A DNA stretch of 64,000 nt. Origin: Candidatus Latescibacterota bacterium (lineage in GTDB: Bacteria; Latescibacterota; UBA2968; UBA8231). Positions 30,510 through 40,636 of this stretch are shown piece after piece (positions within the stretch are counted from its first letter, which is position 1; every line of letters begins with the position of its first letter). The DNA lies in assembly GCA_965242865.1 (NCBI GenBank), contig CBDETK010000013.1:4576001-4640000 (forward strand). Reading direction: 5' to 3'. A program made the translations under genes and the position numbers. The notes beneath the pieces are model-generated. The model worked only from the letters and a program-made list of their open reading frames with translations, was not told where the DNA came from and did no database searches.

Positions 30510-33260
30510 GTGAACATAGTTAAGAGTTTCCGCACCGGTTCGGTGGCGATCTTGATGTTGGGAGTGATGGTGGAAAACCTCCCAGCCCAGGAGGATTTCG
30601 GCTCGCGCTTGGGTGTGCGCCGCGGCGGGGAGGTGTTCTACGATCCCACCGGGCCGGGGGTGCTTTTTGACGCCCTGGATCCAGCGGTGAAGAAGTGGTA
30701 TGTCCCCCAGGAACTTTTCAATGAATACCAGTGGCGGCAACAGGACTATACCAATTACGCCCGCCGACATTATCAGCGCTTTGTGAACACCAACCAAGAA
30801 GGCGAATACTTCTACGATCTCTACGGGAATTACATCACCCGCGGCGAACTCATTTACGACTGGAGCATTGCAGCACCGCAGACATCGGGTAGCAGCCTGT
30901 TTAAGGCCGCCCGATTCAGTAGCTGGTTTTCAAATTTGGTCATCGCCTCGGACCAGAAGGGCCAATACGCCTATGCCCTGACTATTGGCGACCGCATTCG
31001 CACGACGCTTACGCCGATGACCTTTTCCAAGCCGACCTTTGCCGGTATTCAGTTCGACTTGGCCACGGATAAATACGAGGCGACTTTTCTCTTCTCGCGT
31101 CCTAGTGCTCCTGGGCAAGTCGAAACAGCGCAGACGACTAGCACGGGTCGTTACCGTTCGAACGACACCAACTTAATCGGTGGCCGCGGCACCATGCAGG
31201 TCGGCGACTTTGTCAAGTTTGGCGCGACGTATATCAATGCTTTCAACTCCTCAACTAAGGGGCAGGCATTTCAGGGCAACCCCTTCAAGGGTACGCTCAC
31301 CGAGGGCCAGAACAACGCCGACGTTTCGCGTATCGAAGTGCGGTTGAGCGACGATTCGCCCGAGGACAACATCGCCGGCGCGGCCTTCTTTCAGGAGGAG
31401 ATGATCATTACGACCATCGATGGCGAGCGCATCAGCAACCGCCGCCGCATTGGCAACAACAATATCCTCGACTTCGCCCCAGCGGTGCAGGGCGGCTTCC
31501 GTCGCGAAGGGTTCCTTGCGGCCGATGGCAATGAGGTCATCGTGCTGTTGTACGACCTCGAAGGTCCGCAGTACCGCAATTCCTTCGGTCCCCAACCCGA
31601 GCAGATCAAGAGCATTGAGTTCCTGTTGCTCTTGGCCAACGACTACCGGATTGACGTTACCTCCAACCGCCAACTCAACGCCAACGGTCAGCCGGTTTTG
31701 CTCTCTGAGGGCATTCCCGAACGCACGGTGCGCGCCGACGGCAATGTGCAGGATGGCTCGAATCAGAGCTTTGTGCGCGTCAAATACGGGTTGCCGGTGG
31801 CCAATGAGATCTTTGGCTTTACGCTCGACATTACGGACGTCAGCGGGTTTTACTTCTCGGGGGAATACGACCGCAACCGCCTGCACTTTCGCTATCCGCG
31901 GCGGTCAGAAACCGACGTGACCCAGCACAAGGCGCACAGTACCTCGGCCGACGCTTGGTTTTTCAACGTGTATAAGCGGGCGTATCCCTACTACGGCTTT
32001 GGTGAAGTCTATAGCGTCGATCCCGCCTACAGCACCAGTTCCTTTCTAGCCGGCACCCAAAACGACGCAGCCGATATCAACTACGACGATGACCTCCGTT
32101 TTGTGTACGAATTCGTTGATGACAACGACGACCAAGACCGCAACCCCGACTGGCAGCGGGCCAATTTCTCGCAGGATAGGAAAATTTTCCCCGGGTTCGA
32201 CGAAAACAACGATTTCATTAACGACTTCAATCAGAATGACTCCGAGGATCGCTGGAATACGGTGCCAGACTACGAGGAGCCTTTTCTCCGCTACGCCTCG
32301 GATCGGCCCGAATTCCTCTTTGGAGTCGATATGAACAACAACGGCATCGTCGACCGCTTTGAAAACGACATTCTGCCCGACTACCTATACAAACGGGATC
32401 GGCGCGGATACAACATCTACGTGGGGTCTCATTTGGGGCCAGAGGCGCGGCTGACCGTTGGGCGCCTCGACGAGCGCCAGCTAGCCGACGCCCGCGAAAA
32501 CGTCACCAATTACGCCTTGCTGACCTTTGACAAGGACTACGCCAGCAAGGGGCGCGTGCAAGTGTACAACAACTATCGAAGAGTCCAAGACAATATTCGC
32601 GACGACGTGATTGAATGGGTGGTGCGCGAGGGGTCGCGCGGCGACTTAGTGCCCTATACCGATCTCCTGCCCCTGCGCGATGGTTGGGCCAATACCCTGT
32701 ACTTGGGCTATCAATACCAGAGCGACCGCATCCACTTCAAAAACCGCGCTAAGTGGGAGGTTTTCAAGCAATCCAATTTCGCCGACCGCCCCATTGAGGA
32801 GCAGGACATCCGCGAGACCGCTTCCTTCTTTGGGATCCTCAATAAGGTTGATTACACGTTTGACCTCGGCGTCCTCAAGCTGCAGCCGCGCTGGAAGAGC
32901 GAGTTCCAGCGCCAGCGGCCATCGCGCCGCGAAGATACGCAGGTGCGGTTGGCTACTACGGAATTGCGCGAGCTCTGGTCTTTGGTCGTGCGCGTACCCA
33001 TCTTGGCGCGCACCGAATTGCAGACCGGCCTAGAGTACCTGCTCGTCGAGCAGTTCCGCGAGGATCTGGAAACCCACTTGCTGCGCTCGGATCGCAACGA
33101 GATGGTCTTTGCCCTGCAGTTTACCAACAATGCCGAATACCTAGGCTATAATCTGTGGACCCAGACCGGGTTCCGCGTGTCGCGGATCGATCGCGCCTCG
33201 GCCGAAAGGACGCGCACCGAAACAGCCATGTTCGTCACCGTGTTCGCTGGCTTAGAGTAG
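30510..33260 (+). CDS. Large uncharacterised exported, probably outer-membrane beta-barrel, protein
   Basis: 916 aa; signal peptide; aromatic-rich amphipathic strands; DENND and DMNNNG loops. Confidence 0.7.
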   Translation: MNIVKSFRTGSVAILMLGVMVENLPAQEDFGSRLGVRRGGEVFYDPTGPGVLFDALDPAVKKWYVPQELFNEYQWRQQDYTNYARRHYQRFVNTNQEGEYFYDLYGNYITRGELIYDWSIAAPQTSGSSLFKAARFSSWFSNLVIASDQKGQYAYALTIGDRIRTTLTPMTFSKPTFAGIQFDLATDKYEATFLFSRPSAPGQVETAQTTSTGRYRSNDTNLIGGRGTMQVGDFVKFGATYINAFNSSTKGQAFQGNPFKGTLTEGQNNADVSRIEVRLSDDSPEDNIAGAAFFQEEMIITTIDGERISNRRRIGNNNILDFAPAVQGGFRREGFLAADGNEVIVLLYDLEGPQYRNSFGPQPEQIKSIEFLLLLANDYRIDVTSNRQLNANGQPVLLSEGIPERTVRADGNVQDGSNQSFVRVKYGLPVANEIFGFTLDITDVSGFYFSGEYDRNRLHFRYPRRSETDVTQHKAHSTSADAWFFNVYKRAYPYYGFGEVYSVDPAYSTSSFLAGTQNDAADINYDDDLRFVYEFVDDNDDQDRNPDWQRANFSQDRKIFPGFDENNDFINDFNQNDSEDRWNTVPDYEEPFLRYASDRPEFLFGVDMNNNGIVDRFENDILPDYLYKRDRRGYNIYVGSHLGPEARLTVGRLDERQLADARENVTNYALLTFDKDYASKGRVQVYNNYRRVQDNIRDDVIEWVVREGSRGDLVPYTDLLPLRDGWANTLYLGYQYQSDRIHFKNRAKWEVFKQSNFADRPIEEQDIRETASFFGILNKVDYTFDLGVLKLQPRWKSEFQRQRPSRREDTQVRLATTELRELWSLVVRVPILARTELQTGLEYLLVEQFREDLETHLLRSDRNEMVFALQFTNNAEYLGYNLWTQTGFRVSRIDRASAERTRTETAMFVTVFAGLE

Positions 33261-33270
33261 GAGGTTTTTC

Positions 33271-34029
33271 ATGCTGAACTATTTCACGCCGCTGCTTTTG
33301 GCCGGGCTGTTTTTTTCGGGCTGCTCCTATCGCTACTACGCCGAAGACCTCACGCCGATGAGCGAGGCCGAGCAAGGAGCCAACAAGACGGTGGCCGACG
33401 ACGGTACGGTGTCTTATAGACAGGCCCGGCTCGAAATTAGCCTGCGGCCGATGACCGACGAGGAGTTGAACCGCCAGTTCAGCACCTACTCCAATGAGGG
33501 CGCTGACTCGCGCAACCCCTACACTTTTGGCAATTCGACGCACTTTCGCACGGGGGACACCCCGCAGCGATTCACCGTCTTTCGCCTGTACCTTTCTAAT
33601 TACGAATACCCCAAGGTCTATCTCGACCCCAAAGAGGTCTATATAACCACTTCTAACGGGCGCAAGTACTACGCACTGAGGCACGAGCAGCTTTCGATAT
33701 ATTATCGCCGGTATGTCGGCGGCGGCATCGGGGGCAACGACCCTGGGACGCCCGGTAACGCTCGCTACGTCTGGCAGGAACGCATCGGCGTCCTGCGGGG
33801 TACGATGTTTCCCGATGAGGAAGTGTTCAGCGCCCAAGAGAGCGAGGGGTATCTCGTCTTTAAGCCGCTGGCCCCAGATGTGGAAGAACTGACCGTGCAT
33901 ATTCCCGATGTGGTGGTGCGCTTCGACTTCAAGGGAGATCCGATTGAGGCCGTGGACGTCGAAATGCACTTTGAGCGGGAGATCGGCCGCATCTACCCCG
34001 ACGGGAGCAAGGTGGCGACCGGCCAATAG
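33271..34029 (+). CDS. Lipoprotein, paralog of 51362..52111
   Basis: Lipobox FSGC; VADDGT...PMTDEELNRQF...NPYTFGN...QRFTVFRL...NYxYPKV. Confidence 0.8.
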   Translation: MLNYFTPLLLAGLFFSGCSYRYYAEDLTPMSEAEQGANKTVADDGTVSYRQARLEISLRPMTDEELNRQFSTYSNEGADSRNPYTFGNSTHFRTGDTPQRFTVFRLYLSNYEYPKVYLDPKEVYITTSNGRKYYALRHEQLSIYYRRYVGGGIGGNDPGTPGNARYVWQERIGVLRGTMFPDEEVFSAQESEGYLVFKPLAPDVEELTVHIPDVVVRFDFKGDPIEAVDVEMHFEREIGRIYPDGSKVATGQ

Positions 34030-34093
34030 CGCGGCACCGGGGTAAGCCAATTTCAACTCGCTGCGCGGTGCCGCTGGGGAAGCGGTGCCGCGC
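34029..34093. other. Intergenic GC stem-loop with an alternative pairing arm
   Basis: GCGCGGCACCG (34029-39) pairs with CGGTGCCGCGC (34083-93), or partly with CGGTGCCGC (34066-74). Confidence 0.4.
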
Positions 34094-34118
34094 AGTTTTG
34101 TACACAGGTGATGCCATT

Positions 34119-35780
34119 ATGTTGCAGGGATTTTTTGTCTGCGGCCTCCTCTTAGCGGTCGCAGGTTGCGAGCGGGAAAGTGGACCGGCCACTCCGGTCT
34201 TGGCCACGGTGGCCGGGGAGGCGATCACGGCCTTAGACCTCGACCGCTTTGAGCGGGAATTGCCCGATTATCTGCGCTCGAAGAAGGAGGGCGTAGCGGC
34301 CCATCGCGCCCATTTGCAGAGCTTGATCGACAAGAAGCTCGTGCTGCGCGAGGCTAGGAAGCGGAAACTGGAGCAGCTACCCGGCCTGAAGCGCGAGCTC
34401 GCCAAGATGGTCAACAAGCGCCTCGTGGAGGAGCTGTCGCGCGAACTGGTCGATGCCCAGCTCGCAATTACCGAAGAGGAACTGCGCGCGGATTATGAGG
34501 AGCAAGCGCTGGGTTGGGAAATCTGGCCGGCGCACATCCTCTCGGCCAGCGAAGAAGACGCCCGCGCGATCATCCGCTTACTCGATGCAGGGGCCAGCTT
34601 CTCCGAATTGGCCCGCGAGCGTTCCCTCGCCGACGACGCAGACAAAGGCGGCAACCTCGGGGCCTTCTTCGGCCAAGGGGGGGCCGTGGCCAGCTTGCGC
34701 GCTGGCACCTTCCACTTGGAGGAAGGCCAAATCAGCGAGCCGATCCGCACCATCGATGGCTATGAAGTGGTCAAGGTGCTCAAAAAGCAGCGCATTCCCT
34801 TTGAAGAATTGCGCGACGATATTGCCAAGCGGATCAGTCGGCGCAAGTGGGTGAGCCGGCGCGAAGCAGTCATTGATTCGCTCAAGCAGGCGCACGACCT
34901 GCGCTATCACCGCGATCGCGTCCACGCCGTGCTCGCTGGGCTGCATGGCCGGGGACTGGACCAAGCGCACGCGCAAGCCCCGCTCGTCGAATACACCGGC
35001 GGGGCGATCAAGGCGGGCGACTTCGTGCGAGGGCTGCTCGATTTGGAAAAAGGCGCGTTGCCGCCCGACAGCGCCGCCGTCTTTCACGTGCTTGAGGTGT
35101 GGATTCTTCCCGATTCGCTGCTGGCTCTCGAAGCTCGCACGCAGGGGCGGCATCAGCGAGCCGATATAGTGGAGTGGAAAGAAAAAAAGCTCCAGCGGCT
35201 GCTCGCGTCCCAACTGCGCCTAGACCAAGTAGCGGGCCAGGTCGAAGTGACAGACGCTGAGGTTCGGGCCTATTACGACGACCACCTCGATGCCTACAAG
35301 TCCTTGCCCGGTATCATCGAGATGACCGAGGTGCTGGTCAATACGCACGCGGAAGCCGAGGAAATTCTCGTGCGGGCGCGCAGCGGGGAGCGGCTAAGGG
35401 AGTTGGCGATTCGCCATTCGGTGCGGCCGGGCATGAAGCCGGTGGGCGGCCATGCGTTCGCCGATAGCGGTCGGGTCACCCTTGAGTCGCTGTACCAGTC
35501 GCCGTACCGCACCTTCTTTGGCGACCACAATGCCAAAGACGTCGGGGTGCTGCAAGGCCCGCTAGAGGTCCAAGAAAAGTACAGCGTCTTTCGCCTCGAC
35601 CAGCCCTTTGAAATGGTGCCGTTGCCCTTTAAGCAGGTGCAGCGGCCCATTCGCGTCAGTATCCGCAAGCGCCGCGAAGGGGTGATTTTCGCCGCGTTCC
35701 TCGACTCACTGCGCCGAGCGGAGGCCGAGCAGGTGCAAATCAGCGAAGAAGCTCTCGCCCGTTACCCGGCCGCGCGTTAA
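34119..35780 (+). CDS. Parvulin-type peptidyl-prolyl isomerase lipoprotein (PrsA/SurA-like)
   Basis: Lipobox VAGC; VLATVAGEAIT, AHIL, FSELARERS, KGGNLG, ISEPIRT; second degenerate parvulin domain. Confidence 0.85.
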   Translation: MLQGFFVCGLLLAVAGCERESGPATPVLATVAGEAITALDLDRFERELPDYLRSKKEGVAAHRAHLQSLIDKKLVLREARKRKLEQLPGLKRELAKMVNKRLVEELSRELVDAQLAITEEELRADYEEQALGWEIWPAHILSASEEDARAIIRLLDAGASFSELARERSLADDADKGGNLGAFFGQGGAVASLRAGTFHLEEGQISEPIRTIDGYEVVKVLKKQRIPFEELRDDIAKRISRRKWVSRREAVIDSLKQAHDLRYHRDRVHAVLAGLHGRGLDQAHAQAPLVEYTGGAIKAGDFVRGLLDLEKGALPPDSAAVFHVLEVWILPDSLLALEARTQGRHQRADIVEWKEKKLQRLLASQLRLDQVAGQVEVTDAEVRAYYDDHLDAYKSLPGIIEMTEVLVNTHAEAEEILVRARSGERLRELAIRHSVRPGMKPVGGHAFADSGRVTLESLYQSPYRTFFGDHNAKDVGVLQGPLEVQEKYSVFRLDQPFEMVPLPFKQVQRPIRVSIRKRREGVIFAAFLDSLRRAEAEQVQISEEALARYPAAR

Positions 35781-35792
35781 GTCCGCATTCCA

Positions 35793-37832
35793 ATGAACGC
35801 AGGGGCCATGCGCGGCCGGTTTGCGGCCCTGCTGCTCGGCGTGGTTTTGGTCGCGCTCATCGAAGGGGGGTTGCGGCTGATCCCGGCGTTGGATCCGCCG
35901 CCGTTTGCCATCGAATTGGCGCGCGTTGAAGGTCGGGCACTCCACGCGGTCAACCCAGACTATGCCCGGCGCTTTTTCGCCGGCGTGGCTGAGCCCATCC
36001 GCCGCGGCATCCGCATGACCCCGCGGCCCTATATCGAACCCGCGCCCGAAGGCGCGTTGCGCGTGCTCTTTGCCGGGGGTTCAACGGTGCAGGGCTATCC
36101 CCACCCCAAGCGGTTATCGGCCCCGTCCTATCTCCAAGCAATGCTCGGCGACCTCTTACCAGACCGCCCGATCGAGGTCTTTAACGCCGGGATCACCGCG
36201 GCTTCGAGCTTTGCCGTGGCCCGCGCCGTGGAAGATGGCGTAGCCGCGCTCGGGGCGGATTTGGTCGTAGTCTATACGGGGCACAACGAGTTGTACGGGG
36301 TGTATGGGGCGGCCTCATTGGCCCAAGGCGGGCAAGCGGTGTGGATGAAGCGGGTCCACTACGCGCTGGTGCAGTGGCGGCTAAGGCCCTTGGTTGGCAA
36401 GCTGATCGGGCCGTTGGGCCACCAACCGGCGGATGGCCCCTTAATTGAGGTGATGTCTAAGGCGGGCGCGATCGCGGCGTCTGATCCGCGGCGAGCGCGG
36501 GCCGCGGCCAACTTGGAGACCAACCTCCGCGCCGTGGCGGCTCTTTGCCGGGCGCGGCACATTCCCTTGGTGCTCTGTACGGTGACCAGCAACGAGCGCG
36601 GTTTCGCGCCGGCGCGCCTTGAGCCGCCTTTGCCGACTGGGGAGCGCACGCGCTATGGGGATTTTTTGGCGCAGGGCCAGCGGGAGCAAGCCTCGCCGGC
36701 CGCGCTGGCGGCCTTGGCGCAGGCCGAGGAGCTGTACGCGGACGATGCCTATTTGCACTTCTTGCGCGGGTATCACTTAGAGCAGTTGGGCCACGAGGCG
36801 CGGGCTCGGGCGGCATATAGGCAGGCGCGCGAGTTGGATCCTCGGCCTTGGCGGGCGACCGCCGCGTTGAACGAGGTCGTGCGCCGGGTCGCGGCCGAAG
36901 AAGGGGTGCTCCTCGCCGATGTGGAGGATCGCTTCCGCGCCCACAGCCCGGCGGCCGGCGTGGGCTGGGAGCTGATGGCCGATCACTTGCATCCGGCCGC
37001 GGCCGGCCAAGTCCTCTTGGCCCGGTCCATTGCCGTGGCCTTGGAAGAAGCACCGGCCCCTTGGCAGGTCGCGCCCGGCGCGGCGGATCGGTTGGCGTCC
37101 GCCGACGAGTACCGCCGTAGGCTCGGCGACCTGCCCGTTGAGCGGCTGGCCGTGCTGCGGGCCATGGTCGCGCTCTTGGCCGCGCCGCCTCTGGATGCGG
37201 GCAACGAGCGTCGAGTGCAGACCTTGCGCGCACAGGCCGCGGCTCGGTGGGACGAACTGAGTGCTGGAGAGCAGAGCGGAGTTGAGCGTTGGCAAACGGG
37301 CGCGGGGCCGGATCTGCTGGCCCTGAACGTGGCTGAAGCGTGTTACGAGGCGCGGGAATACGAGCGGGCGCGGGCCTATTATCGCGCGGCCCGTCTGGAG
37401 GAGCCGTACACGATCTGGGGCGATTTGTGGAGTACGCTGCGCTATGTGCGTTGCGGACAGCTCGCGGGCGATGCCATTGGGCCGACCGAGCGCGCCGCGC
37501 TCTCCGCCCTGCTAGACCGCTTGCGCTTTTTGAGCGCGGCCCCGGACTTTTCCTTGGGGTTACAGGATTTTATTCGCGGCCATGCCCATCATTTGCTCGG
37601 GCAGCATGTCAGGGCGTTAGCCGCGCTAGAACGCGCCGCGCAAGACGCGAACATCCGCAAGACATTCACAACGGACTTGCTGGAGTTGCTCGTCGCCGAG
37701 CTAATGACTGCGGGCCGCTTGGCCGACGCCGAGCGATATGCGATAGAAATCGCTGCCGAGCAGGGCCAAGAGGCGTTTGGTCGCACACTCGTTGAGCAGA
37801 TTAGGGTCGAGCAGATTAGGGCGGTCCCTTAG
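35793..37832 (+). CDS. SGNH/GDSL hydrolase-like protein with TPR repeats
   Basis: GGSTVQG, FNAG, YTGHNE, DHLHP blocks; helical repeats. Confidence 0.8.
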   Translation: MNAGAMRGRFAALLLGVVLVALIEGGLRLIPALDPPPFAIELARVEGRALHAVNPDYARRFFAGVAEPIRRGIRMTPRPYIEPAPEGALRVLFAGGSTVQGYPHPKRLSAPSYLQAMLGDLLPDRPIEVFNAGITAASSFAVARAVEDGVAALGADLVVVYTGHNELYGVYGAASLAQGGQAVWMKRVHYALVQWRLRPLVGKLIGPLGHQPADGPLIEVMSKAGAIAASDPRRARAAANLETNLRAVAALCRARHIPLVLCTVTSNERGFAPARLEPPLPTGERTRYGDFLAQGQREQASPAALAALAQAEELYADDAYLHFLRGYHLEQLGHEARARAAYRQARELDPRPWRATAALNEVVRRVAAEEGVLLADVEDRFRAHSPAAGVGWELMADHLHPAAAGQVLLARSIAVALEEAPAPWQVAPGAADRLASADEYRRRLGDLPVERLAVLRAMVALLAAPPLDAGNERRVQTLRAQAAARWDELSAGEQSGVERWQTGAGPDLLALNVAEACYEAREYERARAYYRAARLEEPYTIWGDLWSTLRYVRCGQLAGDAIGPTERAALSALLDRLRFLSAAPDFSLGLQDFIRGHAHHLLGQHVRALAALERAAQDANIRKTFTTDLLELLVAELMTAGRLADAERYAIEIAAEQGQEAFGRTLVEQIRVEQIRAVP

Positions 37833-37860
37833 CGAATAGGGATTGGGTCGGTTCTGGGTG

Positions 37861-38097
37861 TCAGGGACGTCCGTGGTTGCTTTGATGGCTTGGTTTGGCC
37901 GAGTTATTCTGAGGAGCCGACTGGCCGGTCCCCCCCGTAGGAGGCTTCGGAGGTTGTTGAGCTGGTCGCTCACTTTGGGCAGCTTGAGCACTGGCCACTG
38001 GTCGATACCCTTCATCAAGCGGACGATAGCCAGCCCTCTTTTCAATACCGGACTGTACCGGCTGTTGTGTATTTTCATTTCGACTGTTCTTTGCCAT
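37861..38097 (-). CDS. Small low-complexity protein with tandem GYRP motifs
   Basis: 78 aa from ATG 38097 with GAGGA RBS, overlapping the end of the upstream gene; AGYRPLDEGYRP...PPKPPTGGTG. Confidence 0.5.
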   Translation of the reverse strand: MAKNSRNENTQQPVQSGIEKRAGYRPLDEGYRPVASAQAAQSERPAQQPPKPPTGGTGQSAPQNNSAKPSHQSNHGRP

Positions 38098-38704
38098 TGT
38101 CTTGTTCCTCTTGGGGTTTTTTGAAGAATTCAATTAGCTCGTACTGATCTTTCCGTATTATTGCTCCATCTGAGGCATCAATAGGTTCCCTGAATTTCCC
38201 GTCTTCATCCACAGAATATACGGTTTCCAGATAAATATCGCCCTCTGTTGGAAAAGAGGTTGCATAGGACTGAGGCCCGTAGTACCCGCCAATTTTGGAT
38301 CCATTTCTGAGTTGCACTAAAACAAAGACGGGTATCCTCTGGTCGAAGAAGTAATCCCAAGCAGTCGGGTATGGCAACTGAATTTTTGAAGCTAACCACC
38401 GCCATCTCAAAAGACGCCTATATAGAAAAGGCCAGACCACTGGTAACACCAGCAAAACCATCATCAAGCTCGCCACATACCAGTACGGATGTTCTTTTAT
38501 AAAACCACCTTGGTGAATTGGAACGAGAAGCGGCAAGCAGATGGCAAGGTTGAGGCTGCTGTAGAAGAGGGCCTGCACAAGTCCACTTTTCCAATCGATC
38601 TCTTTTGCCGCAAAGAGAAGTCGATATACGTGCATAGATATAAGCCCTGGTACTACCATAACAAGGAATAGAGTCCACGATTCCAAATCCGGGGCAATTT
38701 TCAT
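38075..38704 (-). CDS. DUF6338-like membrane protein in an AT-rich insert
   Basis: LVMVVPGLIS, 3 TM helices, PTAWDYFF, VQLRNGSKIGGYYG, DIYLE. Confidence 0.7.
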   Translation of the reverse strand: MKIAPDLESWTLFLVMVVPGLISMHVYRLLFAAKEIDWKSGLVQALFYSSLNLAICLPLLVPIHQGGFIKEHPYWYVASLMMVLLVLPVVWPFLYRRLLRWRWLASKIQLPYPTAWDYFFDQRIPVFVLVQLRNGSKIGGYYGPQSYATSFPTEGDIYLETVYSVDEDGKFREPIDASDGAIIRKDQYELIEFFKKPQEEQDNGKEQSK

Positions 38705-38847
38705 ATCTGCATTTCTCTTGAAAAATGTAAGGTCTCAACTTGGTGATTCGGGACATGCATCACAATAGAGACCTAGAATAATTTAGACGAATAACAAAAT
38801 CAAGATCAGCGTGGAGATATTGATCTTGGGATAGAGGCCGATCCCAT

Positions 38848-40623
38848 CTATCGCACCGGGTCAGAAGCCGCGCTGACGCCTTTGCCTTCGACGAGGGCGA
38901 TGGCTTGGTTGGCGGCAAAGGGGCCGAATTGCTCCACTCGGCCCGAAGGCCAATGCACGACGAGCGCGTCGAGTTGCGGCCGGTTCCCCAGGCCCAAACA
39001 GATGCGGAGCTGACTTTGCGATAGGTACGAGCGGCTGCCGCGCAATTCCCTCGTCTGGACCCAGTCGCCGCTTTGAGCCGTCAGCCGGGCACCGATGCCA
39101 TTCGGGTTGCCGCTGGTCCCCACGAGCCGAATGGTGATCGAGTGATTGGCCGCGCCGTGGTCGTTGCGCAACAAGCTGAGCGGCTGCCCGGAGTTGAAGA
39201 CGAGCAGGTCCGGGTCGCCGTCGCCGTCGTAGTCGCCGGTGGCACTGCCGCGACTGACGCGCTTTAGGGAAAAGCCGGGGCCGGACGCGGCCGACACCTC
39301 GGCAAAGTGACCGCTGTCGTTGCGGAAGAGCAAATTGCGCTGTCCATAGCTCGTGGATTGGTCGATGTCGGCGACGTTGTCGAGGACGTGACCGTTGGCG
39401 GCAAACAGGTCGAGATCGCCATCGAGGTCGGGGTCGAAAAACTGGGTGCCAAAACCGAGAAACGGCAGCGAGGGAAGGCCCAGCCCGGCCGCAAAGGTCG
39501 CCACCGAGAAGAAGCCGTCTTCGCCCCGATAGAGCGCATTTGGCTCGGCTTGGAAGTTGGTCACCGTCAAGTCGAGTACGCCATCGCCATTGTAGTCGCC
39601 CCAATCGACCCCCATGCCCGCCTCCATCTGCCCGTCTTGGCCATAAGCCACCCCGGCCAGCCCCGCCCGTTCGACAAAGGTGCCGTCGCGGCTGTTGTGG
39701 TAGAGGAAGTTGCGCACCGCGTCGTTGGCCACGTAGATGTCGGGCCAACCGTCGCGGTCGTAGTCGCCAAAAGCGACCCCCAGCCCCTTGCCGCTCGCAT
39801 CGGCGATCCCGGCGGCGGCCGACACATCGACAAAGCGCCCCGCCCCGTCGTTGCGAAAGAGCAGGTCGGCTTGCCCCGGGAAGTTGTCTGGATGCGGGTA
39901 GCCGACCGGCGCAGGGCCGCCGTAGCTTTCGTAGCCGGCCATGTAGGGCACTTGCTCGGCGCGGGCCGCGCCCGGATCGTAGGCCACGTAGTTGGCGACA
40001 TAGAGGTCGAGATCGCCGTCGCGATCGTAATCGGCCGCGGCGCAACTCGTGCCCCAGCGCGCATCGGCCACGCCGGTCTGCCGCCCGATTTCGGCAAAGT
40101 GCCCGTGGTCGTTGCGAAAGAGCGCGTTGGGGCCAAAGTTGGTCACATAGAGGTCGAGATCGCCGTCGCCATCGTAGTCGGCCGCGGCAACCCCCATGCC
40201 AACGCCGCGGTGGGCGACGCCGGCCGCGATTTCGGCAAAGTGCCCGTAGTCGTTGCGAAAGAGCGCGTTGACCGGGGCCGCGTCCGGCGGGTCGGCGGCA
40301 ATAAAAGCGCCGTTGACCGCGTACACATCCAAATCGCCATCGCTGTCGTAGTCGAAGAAGGCGCCGCCGCCGCCCATGGTCTCGGGAAAGTAGCGCTGGG
40401 GGCTGCGGCCGTTTTCGTGCCGCCAAGTTAGGCCGACGGCCGCCGCTACTTCGACAAAGTGGAGAGACGAGCGCACGGGTGCGGCGTCCTGCAGCGGTGC
40501 CGGCGGTGCGGTCTCTTCGGCGGGGGTACAGGCCAGACCGAGAAGGCATAAAAGGAGAACGAGGCTGGATTCCCGCTTTCGCGGGAATGACGAAGCGGCG
40601 CAAAGCAGCGGCAAGACGCGCAA
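38848..40623 (-). CDS. CRTAC1/ASPIC-UnbV family FG-GAP repeat lipoprotein (start uncertain)
   Basis: ETMGGG, repeated DYDGDGDLDLYV, SRGSATGD, NPNGIGA, SYLSQS; lipobox GLAC; TTG start at 40623 assumed. Confidence 0.85.
   Translation of the reverse strand: MRVLPLLCAASSFPRKRESSLVLLLCLLGLACTPAEETAPPAPLQDAAPVRSSLHFVEVAAAVGLTWRHENGRSPQRYFPETMGGGGAFFDYDSDGDLDVYAVNGAFIAADPPDAAPVNALFRNDYGHFAEIAAGVAHRGVGMGVAAADYDGDGDLDLYVTNFGPNALFRNDHGHFAEIGRQTGVADARWGTSCAAADYDRDGDLDLYVANYVAYDPGAARAEQVPYMAGYESYGGPAPVGYPHPDNFPGQADLLFRNDGAGRFVDVSAAAGIADASGKGLGVAFGDYDRDGWPDIYVANDAVRNFLYHNSRDGTFVERAGLAGVAYGQDGQMEAGMGVDWGDYNGDGVLDLTVTNFQAEPNALYRGEDGFFSVATFAAGLGLPSLPFLGFGTQFFDPDLDGDLDLFAANGHVLDNVADIDQSTSYGQRNLLFRNDSGHFAEVSAASGPGFSLKRVSRGSATGDYDGDGDPDLLVFNSGQPLSLLRNDHGAANHSITIRLVGTSGNPNGIGARLTAQSGDWVQTRELRGSRSYLSQSQLRICLGLGNRPQLDALVVHWPSGRVEQFGPFAANQAIALVEGKGVSAASDPVR
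40565..40592. repeat. REP-like palindromic element
   Basis: CTGGATTCCCGCTTTCGCGGGAATGACG. Confidence 0.8.
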
Positions 40624-40636
40624 GGCGACGGGGCGA

